Assembly (NCBI RefSeq): GCF_022539665.2
Contig: NC_081331.1
Location: 620,001-684,000, forward strand
Reading direction: 5' to 3'
Source of the DNA: Daphnia carinata
Lineage: Eukaryota
DNA: 64,000 nt
Made by a program: the position numbers and the translations under genes. This document shows positions 37,702 through 52,000 of this stretch, piece after piece. The stretch's first letter is position 1. Each line of letters starts with the position of its first letter. The notes under the pieces were generated by a model that was given only the letters and a program-made list of their open reading frames with translations, was not told where the DNA came from and did no database searches.

Positions 37702-39979
37702 CTTGCTTTCCTCAAAGAAACAAACACGATTGCCAGCTGAGTTACCTGTATTTGTATCGGTATCCGAGTATTGATCAAACACAATGGCTGTTAACACCTC
37801 AACTGTTGGTATGGTAACTAACTCGGTAGTCCGACAGGTGATTATGCAGTAACCGCATTGACGTTAGAATTTGATAATCGATTTTTAATGAATTTTTATT
37901 CTACTTAACTATTGACAGATCGATCCGCTCCACTTTCGCCATCGTTCACGTCTAGCCACTACGTTGTTTAACATCGTGCCAGCAAAATGAAAGAGGACAA
38001 GTCGGGTACGTGAAGGATTTTCCCACAACATCTGGAAATGCTGACGCCACCTAAAAGCAAGTAATGTTTAATGCGGCATTGGACGCAATTGTTGACACGA
38101 TTTCAATATTATTTAGTCAAAAAAGCAAATTTACGATGGATTCTCTGTAATGTCTGACAAGAAATCAGGTTAGGGTGTCACGGTAAGCCCCATTTAAATG
38201 ACGACAGTTTGTTCATCAAAATTGTTGAGGCGACCTTTTGATTTTTCGTGTTGCGTACGGTTTTTGCGTCGATCCCCTAGTCAAGAACTTTTTGTATTTA
38301 GACAAACAACGACCGACTTTTTCTTATTATTCGGTGGGCACAATATTACGAAAGAAGGGATTTTTGACGAGAAGAATTCCGCTGAGTTTCGCAAATATTC
38401 CTTTTAAATTTTGCTTGTATAGAACACATCCGTCGAAGGGCAAAGTTCTACAGTCCCGATCATTTCGTCGGCGTCACCGGACGCTACGTTTTGCTGATGA
38501 AAGGGAGCATGTAGGCCATCGTCAATACCAAAGTGGTATCTCACAATCGACAGTTCCTTATTATTTACTGTTTACTTTCTCTCAAAGCACACTAGACGAA
38601 TACTGCGATGATCTTTTACATCCGCTATCGTTACAGCAAAACGTGTTTGCCAAACACATGTTTTCCTTTAAACGCTTTTGAAAAAAAAAAAAAGCAATTT
38701 AACTAATCCAATAACCGCTTCTGTTTAAAAGCCAATAGCTCAAGGCCTGATTCCCTTCTAAAAGAGCAGCATACAAAGTAAATGGAGACAAAAGATGGGT
38801 GTTTACCAAGTCAAAATGGTCTTGATGGCGATGCGAGGCGATCCCTGAAAGGAGGATTTGCTATCAGCGGAAGATTTGAGCAAGCCGGTCAAAGTTTATT
38901 CTCTCCTTCTCCCATGCGTTGGGTGCGCTTAGCTATTATCGTTGGATGCAGAAACACTCCTTGGCAAATAAAATCAAGCAATTCTTTTTCTTTTTCTCTT
39001 TAAAATAAAATTCGATCGTCATTTCATATCCAGCCGTTGGAGACAGCTGCTCGATAGTCATGGTCTGCATACACCACTATTGACAAGATTACCGAGTCTC
39101 CGGAGTAAATACGAAAAGGAAATTGCCTGACTCGACTGTATTCTCCCACCTCCCCCTTCTTTCGATCCGCTACACACAAAAAGAAGATAAGCAAGCACAC
39201 TTTTGCATAGTTGAAACTAGCCTTCGACAAAGTAGCAAACAAAACCAATCCTGTTGTCCTCTTTTCAGCCATCATGATAAAAACAAACGCAGAAGTTCCT
39301 TTAACTGAAGTAGATGCACTTTTGTTGCTGATAATGCATCATTTAACAATGAAATCAATTGCCTTGTTTGTTTTTTTTTGTGTTTTTCTAGAATTTTCTG
39401 GGTGTTCGCGATATACAATGGAAATCGTCTTTAACTTACAAACCATAATTTTGGTTTATAAAGACTATTAGCCAATTAGCACAAAAACGTTTCCGACCTT
39501 GTTTCTACGTTTGTTCGCAATCCATTGCGTCTCGTCAATATTAGGACAAATAGCCATTAGCTTTTCTTAAGAAAAATGTGCAGACTATGGAGAATCCCAT
39601 TGAACCATATACGTAGTATTTTTGGATGCGTATAGATTATTATCGAAATTCAAGGTTATTATTTTATTTTCAGGGTGGCACACATCTCATTCTGTTTCCA
39701 TGTCCGAGGACAGGGCCCATTTGGTTTTATCTTGTTGAAACAGCTACGCTTTGGCGAATCGAAAAGAAAAAAAAAGGGTGTTGTGTCTGCTATTTTACCG
39801 CCTACTCTCTCGGACCCTGGACTAACTGCTGTCCAGCAAGTTTTGGATCGCCCGTCGACCCCTTTTTCGCCGATCCTCCCTCCGACCCACGAATTGTGAA
39901 AAACAGTGTACTGCATAAGTCATGTACGTTGGTGAAGGCCTGAAGGTGTATCAACGGACGAGAAGCTGAGCGTTGTCTC

Positions 39980-39987
39980 TATAAAAA
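39980..39987 (+). promoter_or_regulatory. TATA box of the apolipophorin-like gene
   Basis: TATAAAAA 67 nt upstream of the CAAC-ATG start at 40047. Confidence 0.7.
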
Positions 39988-40046
39988 GGAGACAAGTTCC
40001 ACTGGCTCTTTGTCTATCGTTGGTGCGTCCATCGTACGAAACCAAC

Positions 40047-43000
40047 ATGGGAAAGTCGAGCTCAATGTGGGCTTTGCTCCTCCTCGTTCCCTGTGTCCTC
40101 GCAGGTTTGTGCATTTCCTTCAGTCACGAAATCCGTCGTTTAGCTATTACCCGACTAGAAATCTAAAAAAAAAAAATCAATTCATCCCATTCTTTTGATT
40201 GGAAAAATTATTTATTATTTTTGTTCATTTTTGTCTCCCATTTATGTTTCTGGCAACATCGAACGTGAAGGACCCATCCTACAAAACTCTTGTGCTTCGG
40301 AATGCCGATCACGTAAGTACCCGCTCATTATTCCTATATTCTTGAATCGAATTTAATTTGCAAGCCAGAAAACAGTCGTTTTGAATACTAGTGAACATCT
40401 AGGCACAGGAAAAAATATTTAGTGAACTGTCCGAGTAAGTGGAGTGTAGGCAAAATTTCCTAGCGTGGAGTGAAGTTGAATTTTTTGGGTATTGTTTCAA
40501 AGATAGTCGTACAGTATCACATGGTTTGCAACCAATCAGTGCTTTAGAAATTCGAAATTTAGTATAATTTCATTTAGTAACGCGTATTCACAATTATTAA
40601 AGTTTTTTCTCAAGAAAAAAATGTTGTAGACGTCCTGAGTTTAAATTCTCCAAATAGCTTTGTTCTAGGAAGACCGTACACAGCTAAAAATCGTTGAATT
40701 GTTTCCCTAATTTCTCAAATTTAAAATGCCAATGTCGTTTTTGCTATCGTAATTTAGCGGGGAGCTTTGCGGGAAATTAGAATCTGCCCAAATGTGAGTT
40801 TTGATTGGTACCGGGATTGTATAATGTGAACGCTTTGTGACTCCTTCCTGCCTGCCCCTTCATTTCCGCTAAAAAAGAAAAAAGAAACAAAATCGTCCCA
40901 GACTTTGAAGGTTACGAAATATGAATTTTTTTTAAAGCGACATTTTAAAAACCCGATAACGATATGAGCTTCAAGGTTGATGAGATATTGACAATTTTAG
41001 ACGACGCGACGGCTGAATGTTTTAATCGGTTCGAACTACGTTAGATCGTGCAGACGTGCAGGCCAAATTTCTGTCAGACGAATATGCTTTTGCATAACAC
41101 AAGCCGTGGGGTCAAATAGGCCACAAGCCAGCGTGAGGCCAAGGTTGATTTGGCTTGGAGACAGAGACAGGAGTTCGTGAGCGCTTCTCTCGCTTATTTG
41201 GCAATACCAATAGTGTCGAGTTACAATCAACAAGTTAAAATGATGAAATATGAAGCAAACACACCCAGTGACGCGATGGATAGGCCTTGAGAAATAACGT
41301 TTCAATTGAAAAAAAGATCTAGAATTTCAGACTATTTCAGGACAGAAATCGCAACATGACACCACATAGATTTTGAATAGTGCTAGTTTGATTACATTAG
41401 TCTGCCTTTTGAATTAGGTCTGTGTGACGTCAAGATTTGTTTTCATTTGACGAGTTACGAATTATTGTTATCAGATACCGATCGCGTTAATTAACAAATC
41501 ATTTCCTATTTGTGATGCATAAAAAAGAGGCCTATGTGTACATGAAATGTTACGTAACTAGATTTTTGTTGTTTCTGATGTAATAGCGCTGAACCCCAAG
41601 TTCCGCTATGCAATTGGCCAGACCTACACTTACGATTTCCAAGCCAACAGCAAGACCTGGATGATGGGCACGTCTGATGATCAAGCTGTCCTCGAAGTCA
41701 AAGGCCAGGCTCTTGTGACTTTCCGCGACTCGTGCGACGCTGTTCTTCAAATTCGACAGGCCACAATTAGCGGCTTGGACGAAAAGGTACGTGTAACTAA
41801 TTTAATTCTTAATTAACACCGGTACCCATAAAACTAGGATATTAAAACAATGAAAGCCTCTTGCGTAACCAGCGCATACAGTCGAATTTCATTTTTCGCA
41901 GATATAATTATCTGAGATCAACAGCCTCAATGTCCGGTTTGTTCTTTTGGCAAGGGGGTTAGTGATTTTGTAGTACCGGATGAACGATTGCCCAACAGCT
42001 CCTTTGCAAAATCGCAGTTTAAGCAGGTCATTCCCGGGTCTGACTTGTTAATTTAAAAATCAGAACAGCAAATTATTTAGCTCAGCGGGATCAGGTTACA
42101 AAAGCAATTCAAGTCAGCAGCATGCTATCTCCTGGCATCTAGTTACTTGTTCTACAGCAAATTTCCACAATGATGAATAGACAAAAAAAAAAAAAGAAAG
42201 GATTGATTTCACCTCTTATTCAAACCACCATTCAGTTCGCAATTTTCTTTCTTGCTGATCAAGGTTTTTAGAAAATTCGGTTGGTTCAGCTTAGTTTCGA
42301 AGGTTCACGACCCTTAACTTATTGCTCCGCTTGTTGCCAACGCTTTTATTGTCGCCACATGTAGATAGTGCTAAACATACAGTTGTAATAAAATTTGCAT
42401 TTTCCATTAACAGGTAGAGGCCATCGAACTCGAGAAGCGGCCATTGTCCTTCTCTTGGCAAGATGGTACCGTTGACTCGCTGTGCCCCGAACAAGAGGAT
42501 CCCGTTTGGGTGGTCAATATTAAGAGGTCCGTCCTCTCTATGTTGCAACACACCGCCCAATTCCTCGAAGTCCCTGAAACCCACGTCATTGAGGTAATCT
42601 TTTCATTTCCTTAAAAAAGAATTATTTAATAATTAAAAATGTTATTCTTGAAAAATTATAGAGTGACGTGATTGGTCGTTGCCCTACCGAGTACACTGTA
42701 GATGGTACTGGTAGTTCGATCAAGGTGACCAAGACCAAGATTCCCAACCAGTGCAGCTCTCGTATCGACCGCCAATCATCTATTCCGACCGTCTCCTACA
42801 ATGTTGCTGCCGTAAGCACGAAAAACATTTGTTTGCTTACCATTAACGCTTAATCTTTTTACGTACTACGCAGGAAATTCAAACCATCCCGCTAATGAAC
42901 TCTACCACGGTTTGCGTTATGCAAATCAAGGATAACCTCGTTCAAGCTACTGAGTGCCGTGAGTCTCATCTTTTCCGCCCACTTTCGTCCGAAGAGGGAG

Positions 43001-46000
43001 GTGCCCGTACTGAAGTCACTTCCTCCGTCTCATTGATCTCGACTACAAGCGCTGGTGCCGCTGCCAAGCTATCCAGTAAAATCACCGATAAGAATGATTT
43101 AGAACATTCAAACATTAAATTTTTTTGTACAAAAAACAGGCAACCGCGTGTCCCGTACCTTGATTTTGGATCCTCTCGGTGTTCAATTGGAATTCCAGGA
43201 TGCTAAAGATGTCGGCCTAGTCATCCGCAGCATCTGCCAGCAACTTGCCGCTGATAGCCCACCAAGATTCGTTTCCCAGCTTTTCACCGAGTTGGTTCAC
43301 TCTTTGCGCAAGGCCTCCGTCAGAGATGTCAAGAGTGCCTACAACAACCTGCGCAGCAAGAAGATCTGCCCCGAATCAACAAAGACCGAGTACGATTTAT
43401 TATTTCTTCTTTTCATAATTTCTGAAATGAATTTCGAATTTCTTTTTGAAAAATAAAGGAAACTTTTCTTGGATGCCCTTCCCCAAGCCGGAAATACTGC
43501 TGCCATCTCCTTGATGGTCGATATTCTTAAGGTAGCATAAATTTAAAATCAATCAAAAACGTTGATATTAAAATTATATTTTTCTTAAATAGGAGAACAA
43601 GCTCAGCAGCCGCCAAGCTCTTGGTTGGTACCTGTCGCTGCCTCTCGCCAAGTTTGCTGATCTCGACTCCGTTAAAGCTGTTCTGGTAAAAGATACAACA
43701 AATGTTACTAGGTGTTTGGGCTGGCAATATTTAAATTTTGAAATATTTTACAGCCTTTGATCGAAGCTGCTTCAACCTCACCAGTTGCCCTTCTTGGTTT
43801 GACTGGCCTTGCTCGTCGCTATTGTAGCGAAAATGTCGAGCAATGTCAGACCAGCACCGAAGTTCTTCAGTTCTCGACTAAGCTGAGCAAAATGCTGGGC
43901 AACAGATGCAGAGCTGACGCAAAAGACGAAGTCAAAATCATCACCGTTCTTAAGGCTCTCGGTAACTTGGGTGTCATGACTGCTGAGGTTCGCACCACAG
44001 TCGCCGATTGCGCTAAGGACATCAAACTTCCCATCACCGTCCGCCTGGCCGCCATCCAAGCTACCCGAAATAATCCCTGTGAGAAGCAGGTAACGCATAA
44101 TTAACACAGAAGCAAATTCCGAATTTATACTAATTGCAAATTATTCGAATAGGTGAAGGAGAACTTGTTGACCATCCTCGAAGACAGGAAGGAAGATGCT
44201 GAAATCCGCATTGCCGCCTACCAAGGTGTTATGCGCTGCCCTTGCTCCCCTTCTATGCTTCGCATCCAGAACCTTTTGAACACTGAAGAGACCAACCAAG
44301 GTGAGTGATTGTTTGTGAAAGGTTGTTAAAAAAGGTTTTCAATTAATCCATTTTTGAATCTTAGTCGGTAGCTACATCAGCAGCCATTTGCAAAACATCA
44401 GGTTGAACCCAACACCAGGCAAGGAGAATGCTCGTCTTTTGGTCAAGAAATTGAGCCTGGACAAATCTTTCCCAGCTGATTTGCGTAAATATTCTCGCAA
44501 CATGGCCGTCTCCCATTTCTGCAATATCAACAATGCCGGTTGGGATATCGATGCCAACATCATCTATGCTCCTAAATCGTTCATCCCCCGTTCAGCTTCC
44601 ATGAACTTGACGCTTGACCTCTTTGGCCAATCCGTCAATGTTTTTGAGGTAACTATGATTTAATTTCTTGGCGCAAAGAATGTTTGGTAATCTTCTACAT
44701 CGTAGATTGGTATGCGTGCTGAAAACCTGGAACGCCTTTTGGAAGCCTATTTGGGTCCTGATGGCGTTTTCGATAAAGAGGGCGTTGCTGGACTCTTGGA
44801 GAAGACCAGCGACTCTGTCAGTCAGTTCAGCGAAAACATCTGGAACCGTGTGGCTTCAGCCACTCGTTCCAAACGTGCCAGCATCAAGACCAATGAGCTC
44901 AGCAATCTAGACAAGGTACGAAAGCCAACCTATTTGTTCAATTGACGTTAACTGATCGACATTGTTTTTTTCGGTGAGGATAGATTGTTAACTTGAAGGA
45001 TAAACCTTCCGGTATCAAGCTCGATGCTTTCCTTCGCGTCTTCGGCTCAGAGATTGGCATGTACGCATACCGTGGAACTGCCAACAGCCAATCTAGGCTC
45101 GATTTGGTGGAAAATGTCCAGTCCCGCATCGCTCAAGCTTTCCGTGACCTGATCGAGGGAGCTAAGCGCGTCGAAATCGACGTTGCCCGTTCCATGATGT
45201 TCTTGGACACCTCCGCTACTTTCCCCACCGTCGCTGGTTTCCCCCTCCGCTTGGCCGTCAATGGTACCACCACTGTCGGACTCGGTTTGGAGAGCCAGAT
45301 GGACTTGCCCGCTCTGCTCAGGGATCCCCTCAACGCCAACATCAAGATGAAGGTTAACCCCTTGGCCGTTACTGAGCTGTCCGCCTCCATGACTGTCGAT
45401 ATCGCCATCGCCAAGACCGGTATCAAGATGGCCGCTACCATCCACTCTTCGATGGCCGCCGACTTCTCCGCTCGTCTCATCCAGGGAACCACTGTTGACG
45501 TCAAGTTGGACCTCCCCAAGTCCAAGATGACTTTGATCGACTTCAAGTCTGACGTTATGCTCATCCAGCAGAGCGCTGACAAAGCTGAACGCAACAAACC
45601 TGTTAAGATTGTTAACGAGGCTACGTGAGTTTAATCAAACTTCATTTTTTCTTACACCATTTCTAATTAAATGGAATCATTTCAGGTACGCACGCGGTGG
45701 ATGTTCTGATCGTTTGAGTTCAGTCACTGGCATGCGTTTGTGCGCCTCTTCTTCAGTCTCCATCCCTCGCCCACTGTCCGATTCTTCTAAAGATACCGCA
45801 CCGGCCTTCCCTCTGAGTGGCTCTACCTCTTTTGCCATTGTCCTGGAGAAGACTGAACCCACCATGAAGGGTTACCTGCTTTCGGCCACCAGCACTCAGG
45901 AGGGACCTAAAGTCAAGTCCTTCTTGATGACATTCGACACTCCCGGCTCTAAGACTAACCGCAAGGTTTCCATCAAGGGAGTGTTGACTTCCGCACCTAC

Positions 46001-49000
46001 TGTTACCGTTAAGGTTGACAGCAAAGCTCCGTGGGGCAATTTGGCCGTTGAGGCTGAGATGGTCAACGAAGCTGATATGAAATCGGTGCTCGTGAAGATT
46101 CTCACCCAAGAGAAACGTGAATATTACGGTAAAGTCCAGGTTGCTGTGACTCGCGAGGACCGCAAGTACTCTGGCCACTACCGTCGAAGCCGGCTGGCCC
46201 CAACAGCCTCGCGCCGTCATCTTGGAAGGAGGTTTTGGCCACGAAATTGGCAGGTCCGTCGAGCTGAGCTTGAAGCCTGCTGGCCCCTACGCCAAGTTGC
46301 CCTACAACTTCCAGGTTACCATTGGCCGCGAGTTCTCCGCTACTACCCAGAAGGTGTGGTTGAACAACTTGGAGATGACTACTCCATTCGGCAAAGCCCT
46401 TTTGTCTACTGAAATCAGCCGCCAAGATAAGAACTACCTTGCTGCCTTCAACATGAAATACGGAACTGAACAGAAGATGAACGCTGTCAACTTCAACGGA
46501 CACATCCAGACTTCTACCCAGCCCGACAAATCTCTCTCGTACAAGACCAACGTTCTGTACAAGTCCAGCCGCTTCCCTGTTATGAACATCGACCTTAAAT
46601 GGGATATTCTAATGTCACCTACGGTAAAAATCAAGTTGACGTTAGTCAGTTACAGTTCCATCAGTTAAAGTGTTCTATTTTTTTTTTTTTTTTTTTTTTT
46701 TTGCATTAGATGCTGAGCAACGTCTTGGTCTTGGTGCATGGTCCTGAAGTCGATCATTCAACCAACAGGCTTTACTTCAACAAACAAATCCAACTGAAGG
46801 GATTCGGCACCAGAGATTTCCTTTTCGAAAACAAACTTGAAGGTAGGCATCACGCAAATGAACAACTTGAGGCGAACTGTAGCATTAACTTACATTTTTA
46901 CGGGCAGTTACCTATCCTCGCTACGCCTTGAACCTAAAAGTGGATCAGACCCTCAAGGTGGACCAGCGTCTCGTCAAGGGGCTTATGACTGTTCAAATGG
47001 ACAATGTTAAATTTGTTGACGGTGAATTGGCTTTGGTAATTGCCCCCAAAGATCCCAAGAATCTGTACGAGCTCACTGCTAAGGTAAAATTCTTATTCAT
47101 TTTACGTTGGCGGTACGATTTGTGTGAAGCTATTAAGATTATACTCTTCTGCAATTCCATTAGCTTGCCTATCCTGGTCGTACCTTCAGCTTGGTTGACA
47201 CTGGTAGAAAGATTGACAGCAACAGCTTCTCCGTATCACCCGTGCTTGAAATCCAGCCTGGCACTAAGATCGAACTTAACGGCAAAGCTTCTCTGATCAA
47301 AGATCAGAATGGTATGTCGGCAAACATGGACTCAGAAGTGCGCATCCGTGGATACAACAGCCCTATCAAGTACGTTTCTCCTTCCCCATAAAATTTTTAA
47401 ATTAAATGGTAAACTAAAATTGCTAAAATTGTTTAATACCAACTTGAACAGGGTTCGCCACAGCTTCCAGTACACTGGAGATATGACCGTGACCACTACC
47501 AACAAGATCGAATGGGCCGGTCAGCCCCAAATCGTTGTTGATGGCAAACTTTTCTTCCGCACCCGCAAGATGCCCGCTGTGGAGCTCGCTTTCTTGTGGA
47601 ACAACCGTGTAGATGCTAAATTGGAAACCCGCCTATCCAGAGCCGAATCCAAATTGGATATGGATATCAATTTGATCCGTCTGGAGAGACGTGTCAAGAT
47701 CAACAGCCAGCACAAGTTCTTGGGAGACACCCGCTCGGGCTCCATCAACGTTGCCTGGGATGCCGACAGGGACTCCACCAAGCAAGTCGGATTCGATGGA
47801 TCCTTTACCGTATCACCGTCTCAGCGCTTGATCGATCTCAAGTACGTCCGTTTGCTATTTATCTAATTCTTAAGCAGTTTAATTAATTGTTTGCCATTTC
47901 AAATTCAGATCGACTGTGAACGTTGAAAATCGTATCTACTCTGTCGCTTTCAATGGTAAATTGGGAAGTGCTGATTTCACTAACGGTGATCACACCGTTC
48001 GTATGGAACTCCTGCTGCCGACCACCAAGAAAATGGCTTTGGCCATGAGCCTGTTCAACGTTAACCAAGCCAGAACAATCAGCAACCGTTTGGAAGTTGA
48101 AACCCAAACTCCAACTGGTAACACCTACCAGATGAGCCTAAGCAATGCTGTCAACGATTTGGACCGTAACATGTATACTTACAACGCTAACACTGATGTC
48201 ACCATCAAGGGCACTGGCATTGAAGATGTCAAAATGAGGATTGACAGTAAGCGCATTGTTAGAGCCGACAAACGCAATGTCGAATTCAAGGTAAGAACAA
48301 AGATTTAAATGCTTGGGTGTTCACTAATATTTGTATTATTTCGGAATAGGGTTTGGTGATTGCACCCAAATGGGGTCAGAACATCGACAGTTCCATTAAC
48401 GTGGAAGTGACCAAGGATTCATTCCGTGTCGGTACCAAGTACCAGCGCGGTCCCATGCTCGTCACTGTTGAATCTGCTGGAAAGCGTAGCACCCAGAATG
48501 GTAAACTGAACGTTGATGGCTTTGTTGAAGTGAAAGCCCCTAAAACATCGTGGCAACAGACTAAGATCGCCATGGTTTCCTCTTACGACATCACTTCCAT
48601 CACGAATTTCGACGTAAGATGTGCTAACATACATTCCAAGCAGATGACTGGTGTTAACGATGTTGTATTTTTGGGCACCCACAGATCACCGAGAAAATTT
48701 CGATCGATTACAAATCATCAAAATCGATCATTCTTGACACCAAGATGAAATTATCTCCGTCGGCAGCTGATTTTAGCATAATGCTTGAGACTCCATTTGA
48801 AGTTGCTCGTCGTCAAGGCATGATCGTAAGCGGTCGTTTCGAGCCCACCAGTCCTCGTAGCGAAGGTTCCTTGGTCGTTATGTGGAGCTCCCCCAGCCAA
48901 CGTCAGGCTCAAGAAGCCCGTGTCGAATTCGACATGGAGCGTCGTCCCGGCCAGATCCGTTTCAAGTTGACCACTGCCACACCCATCAAGTCCCTGGAAA

Positions 49001-52000
49001 GCAGCGAATTGTCATTCGATATCCGCTCGCTCGAAGATAGCAAAATCTATGAAGTCGATATCGTCGCTGGATTGTCGGAGGATAAGGCCAAGTTGAACGG
49101 CCGTGTCAATCTGAACCCGGCTCAACGTGAAGTCGATCTTACGGTCACTCTGCCCAACTCCAACCCTGTACGCGTGCTTATCCGTATTGGTTTCCAAGGT
49201 TCTACTTACACCGTGGAAAACCGCGTTGATTGGGGAACTGGTTAGCTTAAAAACATTGATCTTTGTAAAACAATTTTCTCATCTGCTTTATTTTTGTATT
49301 TTTAAGGCACTTTCACCGTGTCAGGCACCACCAAGTACGTCAGCAGTGACAACTTCGAAGTAGAGATGCAAATCCATAGCCCCGAACTTGGAATTAATAA
49401 CTTCGAATTGAAGGGAGCCAACAAGATGCAAAACAACCAACGTGTCATGGAATTCACTGTTATGAGGAAATCATCCACCATCGCTAGCATGAAGTCCCTC
49501 TGTTCTTACAAACAGGATAGTACTGGTGTGCAGATCAGTGGAACCGCTCAGGTTACCACACCCGAATCACCTTTTTCTGGAACTGTCAAGTACTCGTTCG
49601 AAAACAGGAAAGTCAGCAGTAGTGACGAGAAAGGTGCTCTGTACAAATTGGAAGTCGACGTGACTGCCGATGAATTCGTCTTGAACAAAGTAAACAGCCA
49701 CCTCAAACTAACCAACAAGGAAACAAGTGGTTCCATTGCTCTCTGCACTTCAAGCAACCAGTGCAACGAAGGATCTTTCGCTTTCAAGGATACCGGATCC
49801 AAAAATATCATTGCCAAGGAATTCCACGCTTTGGTAAAGACAAAGAAAAGCAATGTTGAAGAAGTCCGTGGTTTGCGCGCTAAGCTTTCGGCCAGCGCTA
49901 ACAAATTCGAACACACTGCCGAGGTAATTGTTTTTGTTTTGATTTGTTCGATTTTCTTTAATTGATTTTTATTTTCGTGATGTCAGGTTTTGTTCGATGA
50001 GGCCAAAAACCGTCTTGTTGGATACAAGGTGTACAAAAAGGACAGCGAATTTGGTTTGGAAATCTACACTCCTAAGCGCATTACTGGAGCCGCTCTGGAA
50101 ATCGTCAGAGGTAGCGGGCGCCAGGCTGTCAAAAGCCAATACATCCTGACCGTCTGGTTGGACAAGACCAAGGCCCCCGAGCGTAAACTCGTCATCGTCA
50201 CCACCGTCGAGCCCCACAAGATTGGCGAGATGGAAGGTTTGACCACTTCTACCACCATCAAGCACCCGATCCTGCCCAAGGACCTCGAGTACAAAGTAGA
50301 ATTCCATAAACTCCCATCTGTGAAGAGCGGTCGTGACCTCTTCCACTTCAAGCTTGATGCCGACGTCATGGATCCTAAGCACCAACGCTGGACTTTTGAA
50401 ACTTACGTCAAGAACACTTTGGCCGACAAGAACGGTCGCAACATCACCGTCGATATGGAATTGAAAAGCAAAGGAACTGATTTAGCTGCTTTGCTGACGG
50501 TCTTCGGAGGAAAAACTGCTGAAAACGTTGTTTTGGCTGGAGCCAATTTGAAATTGAAGGAAAAAGAACGTATCGAAAAGGAATTGTTTCTCCGTCTGGA
50601 TGCTTCTCCCCGTTTGGCCTATTTGACTCTAGGCAGCCCGGCTAAGCAGATGACTTTGGAAGCCCGTATGAATACTGAAGACATCGTCAGCTACAAACGT
50701 TTGCAGCTGTCCGCCTCTACCCGTATCTTCGGACTTTCTCCCACCGTCTACGTGCTGGACATGAACACTTCTCCTCATGTCGATATCCGTGTCTTCAGCA
50801 AGGGATCCCCTGAAAACTACCACCAGGTTGTTGGAGGTCTTTTGGATGATACTCGTTTCGAGCTTGCATTGATCCGCCAACTGAATGTCCAGAAGAAAGA
50901 ACTTGCCGCCGTCTACGTCACCTTGAACAGCTCCAGTCTATTGACTGAACGTGTGACCTGGAAATTGGACGATCTTCGTGCACTCCGCACCGCCATTCGT
51001 ACTCGTTCCGAAGCTATCGCCAGCGAAGTTAGCAGCGTTCGCAGCTCGTTGACTCCTGAACTGAAAACCTACATGCTCAAGTGGCGTTCTTTCGGCAACT
51101 TCAAGAACATCTACGACAAGATGGCCACTGATTATTCCAAGCAGCTGAATCAACTCAAAACTGAGATCGAAGAAGACGAAAGCATGAAGGCCGTCGTTGA
51201 AATGATGGAGAAGATTACTCTGGTTGTTAAGAAAATTGGAGAGCGTATCGAAGATATCGCTGAGCAAATTGGAGAAAAGAGTGAGTTGGTCGAAGCTATT
51301 GAGAAAGCCATTGAGAACGTAATTGAAAACCTCACCGAACGTATCACGGAGCACGTGAAGAATGCCAAAAAGACTGTGGCTCAACTGCTGGAAGACCTCT
51401 CTCGCTATTTCGAGCAATGGAAGATCCAGTATGGCCAGGAACAAGGACTTTTCAATGCCCTCAAAAGTATACTATTTATTCTTCAAATTAAATTTGTGTT
51501 CAAACTATTAAACGGATTATTTGCATTGCAGATTTCTACCAGGCAAAATCCGAGGAAATCCGCCAATACGTTGCCAACTTCAAGCTCTCCATTGATGAAC
51601 GCTTCCGCAAACTGATTTCTTGGGTTGAGTCACTAAGGATCGGTGATCGTAACATTCTCGCCATCCTAAAGGAAGCCATTTCCGTAAGAACAAACCAGCC
51701 TTAATTTATCAATTAATGGATTGAATATCAGCTAAATTTTAAAGAACGTTTCTTAATACGTAGAATGCGAACATGGATATTCTCCGTGAAAGAATTTCGA
51801 ATTTCTTGGACGAAACCATTCTGTTACCCACCGAAGAATTTGTGTCTGAAATAGTTAAGGCTTACCCCGAAACCACTCGCACCGCCTACCGATATGTTAA
51901 AGTCCCCATCAGCAAGGTAGTATACTTCAAGTTGTATCAGTTTAATGACAGATCTAATTAGTTTTTTTTATTCCCAGGTTCGCTTCTACCTTAGAAGGAC

